64,000 nt of DNA from Octopus sinensis (GCF_006345805.1 NC_043007.1:3348001-3412000), one strand, 5' to 3'; shown: positions 1-14,787, numbered from the stretch's first letter. Numbers and translations: made by a program. Notes: generated from the sequence alone by a model not told the origin.

Positions 1-761
1 TATAAATTTGTTATTCGCAGCCGAGAGACATCTTTCGTCCGACACAAAGTCGTTCTTTACATTCTGTACAGGAAGATCTGAAACGATGATCTGCAAATTC
101 ATTCTTAAGACATTCCGGCAGATTGGAACGCGAAAATGCTAGTCGCTGTTTTGTACGTCACAGGAGAACCTCCTCTCCCTTTTATAGCATCGATCTCTTC
201 ATAATACACTCAGCTCATTGGCGAAGAGATTCTGAGACACCGATGTTTCGGAATGTTGTGTCTCGTCAGTCATAATTACTCGGATCTTTGAGCCTACACA
301 AGCCTCTAGCTTTTTCATCGTTTCAGAGAAAAATGTTACCTGATTAGTGCTGTTATCTTTCAAGTGATAAAGAAGTAATTTATAATTGTAATAATATCTG
401 GTACAAAAGCTGCAGTTGTTGACTCACAGAATCGCATTTAATATATTAAGCCTTGTGCACTTTGAATGCGGCGGAGGTATGGATTATCTTTCTTGGTCGA
501 GACAGTTCGCATCCAACTATTATTCGAATAATTCTTTCGTGTCACTCAGCGCTACGGTTTAGTAAACTGGGATCTGAGTGTATTTTGGAAATATTTTTCT
601 ATTTCCTACTTTTCAAATAGCACCACAAAAGTCATCATAAATGCTCAGCTTTTCTTCCAGTGAAATTAGCGTAGAACTATGAATTTAATGTTCCTCTACT
701 GGAGGGGCACTGCTTTATACACGGTTATACACACCAACTGTTTCCGCTTTTGTGCGCGCGC

Positions 762-812
<51 letters not shown>

Positions 813-1330
813 TTCATTTTATTCCAGATCCACTTGACGATTTGATGCACTGTTCATCCTTCAACACCCCTCCATCATCACTGGGAGTTGTAACTACTGA
901 GAGATTCGGCCCTGAGCATCCGGGCCATCGACGGCTGGGATTGAGCAGAAGGCAAGTTTTTCGGTTATCATCGGAGCTGCGCCCAGCAGTGATCTTGTCC
1001 CGGTGAAATGTCTATTCGCATAACTCTGAATTTGTGTCCCCTGGTAGCAGTATTTTTCTGAATTACCTTTATTCAGTTTCACACTCCCTTAACACAGTTT
1101 GAGATCTCAGTCCTTCATCTATACTACTCCTTCATCACAAGCAGCTGCATCACTAGGACATTCAGTCCTAGGTTTCTACGTCATCGCTTTCTGGGAGAGA
1201 GGACAAAAGATTTTAGGCGATTTTTAAAGTTGCGACTGGACGTGTTTTCAAGGCACCAGTTTCCTGTTGTTTTGCTGTCGTAGATGTTCTAGTTTTCTCT
1301 ATTTCTCTGCTCTTCAGATTACAAAGCACA

Positions 1331-1360
1331 CATATGGCCGTTGCTGCCACACCTGTAGCA
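1331..1360 (-). pseudogene. Degenerate CCHC zinc-knuckle remnant (retroelement ORF1/Gag-like)
   Basis: The minus strand reads ...LKLSCYRCGSNGHMCAL*, i.e. C-x2-C-x4-H with the last Cys position lost to a stop. The surrounding frame is broken. Confidence 0.3.
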
Positions 1361-1817
1361 GCTAAGCTTCAACCGCGCATCACAAATCTCATAGATTTCC
1401 TTCGGATATCACCAGCATAGCTCTGCAGTATTCAGGTGTCATTAGAACCTGCATAATCATTCAAACGCCATTCGCTCACACACCGTTCCTCGTTGCCACG
1501 GCAGCCAGCAACAGCCATTACTATGTCAAAAGAGTGGCAATAAACAAATAATAAACATCAATGATAGAATCGTTCACCATAAACCGAGCATCGCTTTGTC
1601 CCATAATTTGTAGCACCACTCGACGGACACGCAAATGAAGTAACGGCCTAGATGTATATTTTTGACAATGTGGGTTAATACAAAAGACATACTAAATTCA
1701 GTCTTTCTATCTTTCCGTTCCTTTGTTTCACATACGTATTATAATTAGCTTCAGCTAATTTCAAAGTAGTTGTGGAGCTTGTTACAGTCAATAAAAGGCT
1801 CGATTTGTCCAAGTGAA

Positions 1818-1881
1818 TCATGTGTTTGTGTATTTATGTATCTATGCGTATATGTATGCATATATTAATATATATGTATAT

Positions 1882-1914
<33 letters not shown>

Positions 1915-1995
1915 CATAGATATATGTATGTATGTATATATATATATATATATATATGTGTATGTATAAATATATATATATATAAGTATAAATAA

Positions 1996-2049
<54 letters not shown>

Positions 2050-2528
2050 GTAATTAGAGAGAGAGACATACATATACATATGAGAGAGAAAGAGAGATAC
2101 ATATATACATATATCTATGTGCGTATGTTATGTGTGTGGGGGGGGGTCTCTATGTTATTTCCGTCCACACACTATCAGATATTATCTATGGATTTTTGTC
2201 TCTTCTTCATTTCTCAATTTATTGGTTTATTTCTTTCTTGTACATGACATTGTCCGGCACTAATATCAGCCATTGTTCCAAATAGTGTTTTCCTCTTCCC
2301 CCCCCCCACCCCCGTACCAACATTTCATAATTACGAATCACTCATCATTTACTATTTTCATCATCCGCAATTCCCATGACACTTCGTATATCATTTGATC
2401 AGATCTTTTATTTCACAAACATAGATTTCAATTGAAAAGAATGGCGCGTGTCCTACGTGGTATGTATCATGAACTGGAAAAAAATCATATACACAGATAT
2501 ATACATATAGATGCACACTCGCAGATAC

Positions 2529-2559
<31 letters not shown>

Positions 2560-2644
2560 CGTGTTCGAGTGTATGTGTGTGCTTATGTATATCTCTCTTT
2601 TTATCTATGTGTGTTTATATAAATGTATATACATATCTATATGC

Positions 2645-2675
<31 letters not shown>

Positions 2676-2790
2676 GATGTGTATATACATTTATATGGAT
2701 ATGAGTATATATATATATTATATATATATATATATATATACACATTTAGATGTGTATATACATTTATATGCATACGAGTATATATATATA

Positions 2791-2845
<55 letters not shown>

Positions 2846-2984
2846 TACATGAATGCATATTCATATACATATACCTGAACACACACATATACCTATGTAT
2901 GTATGCATATATGTATGTATGTTTTAAGTATACATGTATATGTGTTTGCATGTATGTATGTATGTATGTATATATGTATGTATG

Positions 2985-3015
<31 letters not shown>

Positions 3016-3070
3016 ATATGTATGTATGCATGCATGTATGTATGTATGTATGTATGTTTGCATGTATATG
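1818..3070. repeat. Compound microsatellite field (TA)n/(TG)n/(TATG)n
   Basis: Directly visible; source of the YI/CV/YVCM ORFs. Confidence 0.95.
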
Positions 3071-3692
3071 TTCAGTATTTTCAGCTCTTAGACATTCCAT
3101 TCATCATTTGATCCAATATTTCATGTCGAAAACTAATTTAGTAGCGAAAACAATGCCACACGTCCAAGAAGCCGTGCATCAATGAAAAGTCCATAGAGCA
3201 GCACAACTACAGAGTAGTCGTGTGTATGAGGAGATCGATTCGCAACTCTATTGCATGGTGTAGCCTCCTGCTGCCTGCCACACTCTTGAATGAATTTTAG
3301 TCGGTATTTATCTAATTTCTTATAACTTTTAATTGTTTCACAAATTGGATTATTATATTATTATATTACTATATTATTTGAAGACCCTATATTACTATGT
3401 TATTATATTATTATTATATTATAATATTGTTGTATTTCGGAATGGTCATTTCGCCAGTTTAGCCAATAAATATGTAAACGTAATATAATAATATAATAAT
3501 AATAATATAATAATATAATAATAATAATAATAATATAATAATATAGTAATATAGGGTCTCCAAATAAACGGTAGACTTCAGAAATAGCAGAAAATTCGTA
3601 AGAAGTGGCAAGAGAGTTTATTTGGCGATTGCAAAAACGAGTATACAATAGTTTTTTTTCCAATAACAGCTTCAATATTATTTCTACTTAGC

Positions 3693-3905
3693 GAGGCGAG
3701 CTGGCAGAATCGTTAGCACGCCCGGCAAAGAGTTTAGCGGAATTTTGGCCGTCTTTACTTTCAGTGTTCAAATTCCACCTACGTCGACTTTGTCTTTTAT
3801 ACTTTCATGGTCGATAACATAAGTTACCAGTTGAACACTGGGATCTGTGTAATCCTCCTAGCCGCCCCTCGGAATTTCTGGCCTTGTGCCAAAAGTTGAA
3901 ACCAA
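3693..3905 (+). mobile_element. SINE family B copy (diverged)
   Basis: Head GGCGAGCTGGCAGAATCGTTAGCACG followed by the GTCGACTTTG...GGTCGATAA..AAGT-ACC central block shared with the other family B copies. Confidence 0.8.
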
Positions 3906-6436
3906 TATTATCTCTCTCCTTAGTAGACAATGGACTCATAGTGTTCTAGCGATGAAGCATTGACGAGGAATTTCAAGAATTATTATATAAATATTATCTT
4001 TGTTGTTTCCTTTAAGTCAGTAATTCTCAATATTTTTAGCTCAGCACTCACTTCCACCGAATGTCCCTTTACAAATGTCCCCTCAGCAAGTTTTGACAAA
4101 CGAAACATCAGCTTAATTTACTCAAACAAGAACTAATTTCGCGTTGTCATTTATTGTCCATATTGTCTTATATATTCCATTCAACTTCTGCTTTTCATTA
4201 CACATATGGGTCAACTAATTTCCGCTTTTGGTACACTTCTACAGAAATTACGAAAGAAGACGAAGTGAGACCTTGTAGCATCAGCACCCTTGTATCCCTA
4301 CGGTGATGACATAATGTTCTGTTCGTATTTTACCCAGTCAAAATCTTTTGCTGCAGTTCTTTTAATCTTTCTTTTGGGGTCGAGTTTACAAGAGTTCAGC
4401 TCTCTGTCCTCTCCTTTTTGTCCTTCTCCCCCAAGCCATAACAGGAATTTAAGACAGGCTACCTTTGAGTAACCTCATTCTCATAGTGAAATCCGTAGTA
4501 GAATTGGAAAAGAAATTCCAGGTCGATAAAATAAGTACCCACTGAGCACTGGTGCCTGTGTAGTCGACTTACCCCTCTCCCGAAATTGCTGCCCTTACAG
4601 CAAAATTGAAACCAATGTCAGTACTACATCTGGTTTGAATCTATATTTAAGAATATTTACGATGCCATTACGTCCCAATCCTTTTGATATTTGCTGCAGC
4701 CTTTGTCCCCTTACGACGACCTCCAAGCACTTATTCCAGATCCACAGATGGAATGAAAATCAATATGGTAAATTAAGTATTTTTTGTGCTTGCGCTTCTT
4801 CTCATTGTTAATAAGAATAAGTGTAATCGGAGAACCTCTTTATGGACATCCTTGAAGAGTTGAATATTTTATCCATTAAAATAACATAATATTAGTTACC
4901 GGACAAGAATGATATGCCGTATGCGTTGAGCTCTGCCGATATCATTGATATCACCTCATAAATAAATTATATTCTGAAAAAGATGTGTTTTCAATTCTAA
5001 TAGATGTGTTTTGTGGGTTGGGAAGAGATATTTGCATCAAATAACTTTTGTCTATCTTGGTTTATGAGAGTATAATGATAAGATAAGACATTTTGTCCAC
5101 TAATCGGCGAAACGGATACTGTAAATGCGGTTGTGCGTATACAGGAGTTTATACGCTTCTGTGTTTTCTCACACATTTGTATACACAAGCACGCACAATC
5201 ATATATACTCATACGTATGTGTATATTTATACATACACGTATATATCTATGTAAATATATATGTATGTGTGTATATATATGTGCGTGTGTACAAGTGTGT
5301 ACAAATAATATGATTTCGATGACGAGTCTTCGGTGGTTCGAGCAACAGAAGTACCTGAATATGGACTATATAGAGGTGATGTATAAATGGTCGAGTACTC
5401 CGCAGACGTGTATACCGCTAGACGATCATTAACAAGCAGAATCAGATTTTTTAATTACAGATGCATTCTAAGAGACACAATTCTGTACACTTTCCGCTTC
5501 TCTAATTTAATTGGCGAGCTTTGGGCTCGACCAAGCTCATGCTGGAAGCTATTTGCTCAAGATGCCGCCCAATCATATGCAGAATTGGAATCTTCTATTC
5601 GTGCCATCGTCGGCTGTCCGTCGTAGGTCGACGCTGGTTGTCCTGTTCAGGACCAAGACGCCTTGAACCCAAACTACAGCCTTCTATTGCTTTATGGGGA
5701 GAGATTGACTCGGTAATTACAAGAACCCTATTTAAACCGGAAAGTTAGAAGCATATCTCGACCATGCCAGCTCAGAGAGATTCTTGCAGGCTGTTTCATC
5801 GCAAAGAAACTGCAGGAGATTTCAAAGAGAAGGATTTGAAAGACTTCTTTAAAGAACACAAAGCAATTTGTGATGGAATTTGAAAGAGAAAGGGACCTGT
5901 CATCCAAAGATCAATAGGCTGTCCGTCGAAAATCAATAGTTTTCTCAAGTTGAATGTGTTTAATACACCTGCTTTCACAGATGCATCATCACTTGGCAAC
6001 CTCCAACAGTTCATTCGGGATTAAGTTATTGTTAGGATACCTAGAATGGAGGGGTGAGTGCCGGTCAGTCTCATGTCTATCTAGAGGTAGCGAACATGGT
6101 GGTGATTAAATCACTGCTGAAAATTAGGAACATGTTGGATGCAATCATATTTTCATCCTGCACACTAAAGCAAACGAGAATACTTCGATGCTACAAGGAC
6201 AGTAAGATCCTGAGAGTGTCAAAAATGTTTAAGAAAACTGATAGAATTCTCTACAGAACGTATACAAAAACCCATCCCCTGCTCCGACAAAAGTTAATAA
6301 AATATTTACCCGGGTCTTTTTCGATACACTTACTACACACATAAGCCACGAAATGAGATCAGAGTCATTGTCTTCCCAACTAAAGTATAGCATTGCAGCT
6401 CAATAGGCATTTTCTTCTACCATCAACGTCTCCAGG

Positions 6437-6822
6437 GGCGGAGGCGCAATGGCCCAGTGGTTAGGGCAGCGGAATCGCGGTCGTAGGATCGCGGTTTCGA
6501 TTCCCAGACCGGGCGTTGTGAGTGTTTATTGAGCGAAAACACCTACAGCTGCACGAGGCTCCGGCAGGGATGGTGGTGATCCCTGCTGTACTCTTTCACC
6601 ACAACTTTCCCTCACTCTTACTTCCTGTTTCTGTTGTACCTGTATTTCAAAGGGCCGGCCTCGTCACTCTCTGTGTCACGCTGAATATCCCCGAGAACTA
6701 TGTTAAGGGTGCACGTGTCTGTGGAGTGCTCAGCCACTTACACGTTAATTTCACGAGCAGGCTGTTCCGTTTATCGGATCAACCGGAACTCTCGTCGTCG
6801 TAACCGACGGAAAGCTTCCATC
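6437..6822 (+). mobile_element. tRNA-derived SINE family A, full length, 13-bp TSD
   Basis: Box A TGGCCCAGTGG and box B-like GTTTCGATTCC. TSD CAACGTCTCCAGG at 6424-6436 and 6823-6835. Near-identical to 36885-37273 and 62382-62762. Confidence 0.9.
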
Positions 6823-7063
6823 CAACGTCTCCAGGAGAAAGAAACTGAATAACGTGGAACTTAGATGTGGTATTTTGTTTCTACAAATCCTTTCGATATA
6901 GCGGATGTGTCCGGCCCAAAGCAGCTAGTGCCTGTCCCCAGAAATTGATATTCATCAGGCCTGTCCTGTACATAGAAGTAATGAAAAATGTCAAAATTTC
7001 CAGGAGATGCAGTTGGACACATTTGCTATTAGAAACGGTGTTAACTATGATATTATCATGTTA

Positions 7064-7220
7064 TGTGTGTGTGTGTGTGTGTGTGTGCATACAGAGAGTA
7101 TGAGTGACAGGTTAGAGAAAGAGGGAGAAAGAGATAAATCCGTTGATAGAGAGAGAGGGGGAGGAGAGTGAGTGGGATCGATAAACAGATAAACAGACAC
7201 AGATAGATAGATAGATAGAT

Positions 7221-7281
<61 letters not shown>

Positions 7282-7307
7282 CGGACAGACAGACAGACAG
7301 ACAAACA

Positions 7308-7349
<42 letters not shown>

Positions 7350-7428
7350 TGGGTAGATAGGTAGGTAGTTAGGTGGGTGGGTGGGTGGGTAGATAGTTAG
7401 ATAGATAGACAGACAGACAAACAGATAA

Positions 7429-7506
<78 letters not shown>

Positions 7507-7507
7507 T
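7064..7507. repeat. Compound microsatellite (TG)n, then GATA/GACA/GGCA/GGTA/GGGT/GATA tetranucleotide blocks
   Basis: Directly visible. Confidence 0.95.
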
Positions 7508-8049
7508 GGATTATGCATTGAGAATCGGACAGGCGTACAAACACACCGATATTCAGGCAGATATTCAGACGGGTAGAGAACTGTGCAATACGTGTGTACA
7601 CAGGAAATATATCTAAATATATTTGGAGATAATGTTCGACTATATTTTACATTAGAATAATGCGAGTGTGCGTGTCAGTAAGTGTGTTTATGTGTTTATA
7701 TCAGTGTAACTTAGTGTATGTATGCGTGCGAGTGTTGTGTAAGTATATATCTCTGTCTTCTATGTCACTATGAGAACGTAAACATGTGTGAGACCGAACC
7801 AGTGCACGAAGAGAGTGCAAAATATAAATGGATCTCCAGCATTTGAGAACTGAAATAGCATTATATTGCAGGCGGAGATGTGTTCTGGATAAATGCAATT
7901 TTCTCTGCTTGAATTGGTGGAAGGGAAAGTTTACATGCTTGAGGAGATAAGATATGAGGTGCTGGCTTCAAGGAGGCTGTTTCCTTCTCACCTGCCAATG
8001 AAAGAGGTGATGATAAATAACACCTATCTGTGTAAGACGTAGCAGAATC

Positions 8050-8165
8050 TAATTATATATAGGTGTGCGTGTTGTGCGTGTGTGTAGGTGTCTCTATATA
8101 TACATATATATATATATAATATATATATATGTGTGTGTGTGAGTGTGTCTGTGTGTGTGTGTATG

Positions 8166-8198
<33 letters not shown>

Positions 8199-8280
8199 AT
8201 GTATGCACGTATGTATGTGTACATGCACAAATATACGTATATATATATATATAATATATTATATATATATATATATATCC

Positions 8281-8313
<33 letters not shown>

Positions 8314-8542
8314 AACATACACATAAAATATAGATAGATCTATCTACAGAGATAAATACACATATACATATATGTATATATGTATATATATATATATACA
8401 AATATGTTTGTGTCTGCCTTCCAATTGCTGTTTTTACTGAGATCTCCCTTTTTAGTAGAAGAAATAGCTATAACCCTTTGACTGCTATTTCTAAATTCGG
8501 TATGTGGTAAGGCAATTCGTTGCTAAACCCTTTATTGCTTAG

Positions 8543-8575
<33 letters not shown>

Positions 8576-8717
8576 CATACACGTATATATATCTATATAT
8601 ATATATGTACATATATATACATATATATATACATATTTATATATATATATACATACACATATATATATACATTCATATACACATGTATATACTTACATAC
8701 ATATATAAAATATACAT

Positions 8718-8749
<32 letters not shown>

Positions 8750-8750
8750 G
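8050..8750. repeat. (TA)n/(TG)n/(CA)n microsatellite fields
   Basis: Directly visible. Confidence 0.9.
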
Positions 8751-9512
8751 TAATGATCTGTGCAAGATATGTGTATTATCTTGTGTTTGAAGGAGAATGA
8801 GAAATAGCAAAGGCAAAATGGCGGCTGAGAGAGCGTGCACACCGATGCTAAATATTTGCATATATATAAACGTGTGTGTGTGTAAGCGCGCTGATATGTG
8901 TGTGCGCGTGTGGGTGTGCATATGCGTTTGAGAGTGAAAAAGTATGCATAAATGTAAATGTCAAGTGGTAAATGTCTCAGAAGTGCCATAGACTGGAAGA
9001 GAAGAGGTCAAAAGATAATATCACCTTAAAATATCCTTCAAGATATTTTCATGTATTTGGACTTGATAATCACCATAATCGCCGTAATAACAGGCGACTG
9101 CAAACCGTCTGTCGTATTATTATTGCCGATTACGAGCTGGTTCGGTGTGTACAGAGCGTGGATGGAATCTTGTAACGCCAGACAGACGCATATGCGCACA
9201 AGCAGAAAGACTCATGATGTTTTATATAATCTGTAGATGTATAATAGAAAGAGAGAGAGAGAAAAGGACAGGGCGAGGGAGTGGAGAGAGGGAGAGGGAG
9301 AGGGAGATGCTGGCATGAATAGTGATGCAAAAACGCGCCATGTAAAATATACTTAACATTGGATGTTTGTTGATTGATGGACTCCATTGAAAGCAGAAGA
9401 ACATAAAGTTACACGTATCATTACTTTCTGTGTTTCTTGCCCTTCTAGAAACCTATTGTATATGAGTCTATCTCTCTGTCTATATATCTACATATCTATC
9501 TCACACTTTTAA

Positions 9513-9556
<44 letters not shown>

Positions 9557-9563
9557 GCTCTCA

Positions 9564-9594
<31 letters not shown>

Positions 9595-9635
9595 TTTCTC
9601 TCTCTCTCTGATAATATATATATATATATATATAT

Positions 9636-9783
9636 ACGACGGGATTCTTTCAGTTTCCGTCTACCGATTTCACTTTGGTCGGCCCGAGGCTATATTAGAA
9701 AACCTTTGCCCAAGATGCCACACAGTGGGACTGAACTGAGAACCATGTGGTTAGTGAGCAAGTTACTTAACACAGCAGCTCCT
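9636..9783 (-). mobile_element. SINE family C, 5' half
   Basis: Reverse complement of the head AGGAGTGGCTGTGTGGTAAG...CCTTGGGCAAG...GAAAGAAGCCCGTCG seen at 55011. Confidence 0.8.
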
Positions 9784-9817
9784 ACACCTATATATTACAT
9801 ATATATATATATATTAC

Positions 9818-9851
<34 letters not shown>

Positions 9852-9912
9852 GCACATATATATACACATATATATGTATATACATATATATACATATATA
9901 TGCACACTCAGG

Positions 9913-9982
<70 letters not shown>

Positions 9983-12391
9983 TGTGAGTGTCTGCCTGTG
10001 TCTGTATATACGCACATAAATAAATATACTGAAGCCCACCCACCCACGCCCGCACATATGTTTAATTGACTATGACCGACGGACTCAGTATCCGTGGCCG
10101 ATGAAGCATAAAGCAGTTAACCACGCATCTCACGGTTCGATTACGTCATGGCTATCTCTGCAATACTTAGGATTAGGAGTATGTGTTTCGTTCTTTCTCT
10201 CCACTCTTTCTATATATCTGCATATACACACATACACATACGCGCACACATATATATGTATATTTATACATTATATATATATATATACATATATACACAT
10301 ATAGATACACATATATACAAAGCAGATTATCGCGGAAAAACTGTTTTTTTCTGCTTGTCTTAATCTTATCCGTTGCTACAGCTCTTCTTATTCATATTAT
10401 TGTTCTAGTTGTAGTTGCGATACAATCTCAGATCAACTATCAACGAACAAACATACGACATCCACTTTCTATCATTTTTTAGTGTTTTTTTTTTTGTAGC
10501 CGAGACGAATTTCTTTATCCAATGTCTTCCGTCATCTTCTTAAGATAGTAGTTTATTTCTGGCGAGATATGGTTGCTTGATAAAGCAACTTGAATATCCA
10601 CAGAGATTTCCTTGTCGGTTCACCATCCTGTTTTTTTGTGTGCATGTACACAATGGGGTCAGTGTGATTTCCTCCCTATCCTGCAGGCGGGTAGAATCGC
10701 GAGCCGGATTTTGGGTAGAATTGCAGGTTATATACTTGAGAAAGGTATTTCCTTTTATGTTGTCCACTTAAAGGAAAATTAGAATCAACCGAACTCTGGT
10801 GCAGCCCAATCTTCTTCCAGTATGTTTCACTAGATCTAGGATAGAATGATCGACAATGTATCTATATCTGCTCACGGCAACATGGCTACCAAACGCATGT
10901 ACATGCTCGCTTGCGAGTGACGACCTTAATGGACCGTATGTTGAACTCTCTTCGTTTCCATCCTATATATATGCATCATATTTGTACGTAGTTGCACGTG
11001 TACTGTGACGCGTCTGTGTGTGTGTGTGTGCAATAGTGACTTCTCGTTCTTTTTTCCTGTTAAAATTCTTCACTGCCATCGTTTCATGCATTACTTGCTC
11101 CGTTATTCCTCTTGGCTCTGAGTCTGTTTCCATTCTCTATATTTTATCTATTTCAACTTACTCGGGGGTTACTTGTTATCTCATTACTTTTTCTATCTCC
11201 TCCTGGTTTATGCTTTACACAGACTTAATCGATGCGTCAATTAAAGTACAACGACCCTCTTTATAGCCTTAAACAATTGTATCAGACCACTTCTATTTAA
11301 ATTCTTTTATCTGTCTCTATATTAATTACCATCATCGCTATATACCATTCCCGCGTATCTTTATCTACATTGTTTGTCCGCTTGTACGTTTGGCATATTA
11401 CCAAACGGTTATGTCTATCGAAATATTCTCTGTCTTCGCCTTCTCTGGACAGGAAGATATGAAAACGTTTATTGTAAATATATTTCGACAGCACATTCTC
11501 ATTTGCTGTCAGCCATTTGATTTCTTTGCGATCTTTTTTCCTTCTTTCTCGCTTTTATGTATTTTGAAAAATGTGGTTAGACAAGACGATAATATATTAA
11601 ACCACCAACTGAAGAACAGTATAAGACTGTATTTATTTATTTATTTGTTGCTCTTGTTTCTAGTTGTATGCATTATAAAAGAGGTTGTTGTGAATTAGTA
11701 GAATCGTCAGAACATTGGCTAGAATACCTGGAGGTATTTGGTCCGGTTATCTGGTTATCTACGCTCTGATTTCAAATCCTACCGAGGGAGCAATCCGGTC
11801 TTTCATCGTTTGGGAGTTGGTAAATAATCGTGTTTGAGATGTACGGGCAGAACTCTTCTTAACATCTTTTCTCACTCAAAGACTGCATGCATATTTAATA
11901 TAACCATAGCACAATTGTAGTTGTGTGGTTAAGAAGTTCGATTCCTAACTACGTATGTTAAAGTCCAAACCTGCTGCGCGGCATCCTAGGCAAGAGCTTA
12001 TATCACAACTTCTGATCGATCACCGGGTTTGCGAGTAAAATTTAGTGGACATGTACACCATCAACGTAATACTCAACAAGAATCCGCGTGACACGGTATT
12101 GTGACAAGGCTGGGCCCTTCAATTATAGATATACTAGCAGCTAAGCCCGGTTTCACCCGGTCTGTTTGGATGATGTGGCTGAGATCGTTTTTGGTTAGGC
12201 ATAATCTATAACAGCATTTCTAAACCTTATCATTTCGAGTCCCCTGTTTCGATTGGAGCCTCCAGCTGTATGAACATTTCCTGACTCCCCTCCCCTTGTC
12301 AGAAAACAGCTTCAGGAGTTGTGAAGAACGAATTTGTACGTAGTCTGTTTCTGAGAGCTATTCTACTGGACTTCTGTCTAATCTTTAAAAC

Positions 12392-14025
12392 ATTGATTTA
12401 ATTATGAACATAGAAAGAAAGTACACATTAATCCCTGAGTCGATCAAGGAGATGTTAGATGCTCCAGCGTCATGCCGTGGGATCTCATGATGCCAAGTGA
12501 ACTTTTATATCATTTGGCTGTACTGATTCTATAAATATTACCTTCTTACATACATCTTCCAAGTTGAATTATTCTGCTTCATACTCTATTTGCCTTCTGC
12601 ACCGGATTATTTCCTTTCATACTGCTTTAATAATTCCTTCTAACCTATCACAGCTTACCTTGCTGGATATCATTATATTCATCAGCACCTAACTGCAAAC
12701 TCTGACTTGTTAGATTAACAATATCTTTAGATTAATAGCGAATACTTCAGTTATGATTACAGTTTATATTCCTGTTTTGTTTCTCTAAAACTATTACAAC
12801 TGTTGAACCCATCACTTTAAAGATTTTCTTGTTGAAAATTAATACTTCCAATTATTGCAGTTTTATCACTTTCTCCCTTATCTATTTTGACACCGTATCA
12901 TGCTGTTATGCCTCTACAAATTTGCACTGTAATCTTAAGATCATCTTGCCCCGTATTGTTTCGTCGCGAAGCATTGCGATCAGGACCTCACACAGGCAAA
13001 ATCAAAATCGCTGTAACACCATGTAATTAATATCCCGCAGCTAGTTTTCGATTTTTCCTCCCATTAGAAACCTTTGATCTTATCCAACATAACCTTTCAT
13101 CTCTGTTATCAAATCACACTTTTATCGCATTACACTTATTACGTTAATAGTTCGATCACATACAAATACGAGTGAAATGATTCTCAAGAGTGCATATAAT
13201 GCGGTTAATTATTGATTTAATTATGAACATAGAAAGAAATTACACATTAATCCCTGAGTCGATCAAGGAGATGTTAGATGCTCCAGCGTCATGCCGTGGG
13301 ATCTCATGATGCCAAGTGAACTTTTATATCATTTGGCTGTACTGATTCTATAAATATTACCTTCTTACATACATCTTCCAAGTTGAATTATTCTGCTTCA
13401 TACTCTATTGCCTTCTGCACCGGATTATTTCCTTTCATACTGCTTTAATAATTCCTTCTAACCTATCACAGCTTACCTTGCTGGATATCATTATATTCAT
13501 CAGCACCTAACTGCAAACTCTGACTTGTTAGATTAACAATATCTTTAGATTAATAGCGAATACTTCAGTTATGATTACAGTTTATATTCCTGTTTTGTTT
13601 CTCTAAAACTATTACAACTGTTGAACCCATCACTTTAAAGATTTTCTTGTTTATAATTAATACTTCCAATTATTGCAGTTTTATCACTTTCTCCCTTATC
13701 TATTTTGACACCGTATCATGCTGTTATGCCTCTACAAATTTGCACTGTAATCTTAAGATCATCTTGCCCCGTATTGTTTCGTCGCGAAGCATTGCGATCA
13801 GGACCTCACACAGGCAAAATCAAAATCGCTGTAACACCATGTAATTAATATCCCGCAGCTAGTTTTCGATTTTTCCTCCCATTAGAAACCTTTGATCTTA
13901 TCCAACATAACCTTTCATCTCTGTTATCAAATCACACTTTTATCGCATTACACTTATTACGTTAATAGTTCGATCACATACAAATACGAGTGAAATGATT
14001 CTCAAGAGTGCATATAATGCGGTTA
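12392..14025 (+). repeat. Tandem duplication of a ~816-bp unit (12392-13207, 13211-14025)
   Basis: The copies align end to end with only a few differences (a 1-bp indel, aaagtac/aaattac, gttgaaaatt/gtttataatt). Twin ORFs at 12829 and 13647. Confidence 0.95.
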
Positions 14026-14559
14026 TCGCCACATGTATTATGTTGGAAAGAAAAGCCTGTCGCATATTTGGTACGATTGTTTTGAGGGTATTTTATGAAT
14101 ACTTACAGTAAAATAAGCATTTATTTATACATTTTCACGTTCTTTTCTCTTTCTTTGCAGATTATTTTACACTATACTGGCTTAAAATTCTTTTTTTTTC
14201 TTTAACATTACATTAACTTTATTTCAATTCGCGTTTTAAAATGATGAAAAGGGAAAGAATAAAAAGAGAAAAAAATAGAGAAAAAATGTGTTGGCAAAGC
14301 AACAGACCACGGACTGGGATGGTTGATATATCCCGGAACAAGAGGGGTGGTCATCCGCGCTCCGCGGTCATAACCATGGTGACTGTGCCGCGAAGAATGG
14401 TCAGTGATACTCGCTGCAGTAGGCACTCCACTTTGTGGGGCTTTAAAAGTCCAGATGTGCCAACAATGGTTTGGACAGTTTCGCACAGGTACCTTTTCTC
14501 TTGTAGTTTCCCTTCAATCAAATTGCTCACGCTTTGGAAATATTGAGCTTCTGAAAACC

Positions 14560-14787
14560 TATTTCTTTACTACCCACAAGGGGCTAAACAGAGAGGGGAC
14601 AAACAAGGACAGACACACGGATTAAGTCGATTATATTGACTTCAGTGCGTAACTGGTACTTGTTTAATCGACCCCGAAAAGATGAAAGGCAAAGTCGACC
14701 TCGGCAGAATTTGAACTCAGAACGTAGTGGCAGACGAAATACTACTAAGCATTTCGCCCGGCGCGCTAACGTTTCTGCCAGCTCGCT
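14560..14787 (-). mobile_element. SINE family B copy with CCACAAGGGGCTAAAC tail
   Basis: Same head, central block and tail as 25247-25855 and 27708-28109. Confidence 0.9.

Noticed and set aside
1290-1440. Strong splice acceptor (TTTTCTCTATTTCTCTGCTCTTCAG)
   Set aside because: All three downstream frames close within about 35 codons, and the opposite strand looks retroelement-derived.
1813-3185. Long ORFs rich in YI, CV, HT and YVCM (here and throughout the window)
   Set aside because: They are translations of (TA)n, (TG)n, (CA)n and (TATG)n, which lack stops in some frames.
14208-14546. Overlapping ORFs on both strands in GC-elevated DNA
   Set aside because: No recognisable motifs or convincing splice context; noted only as possible Helitron cargo.
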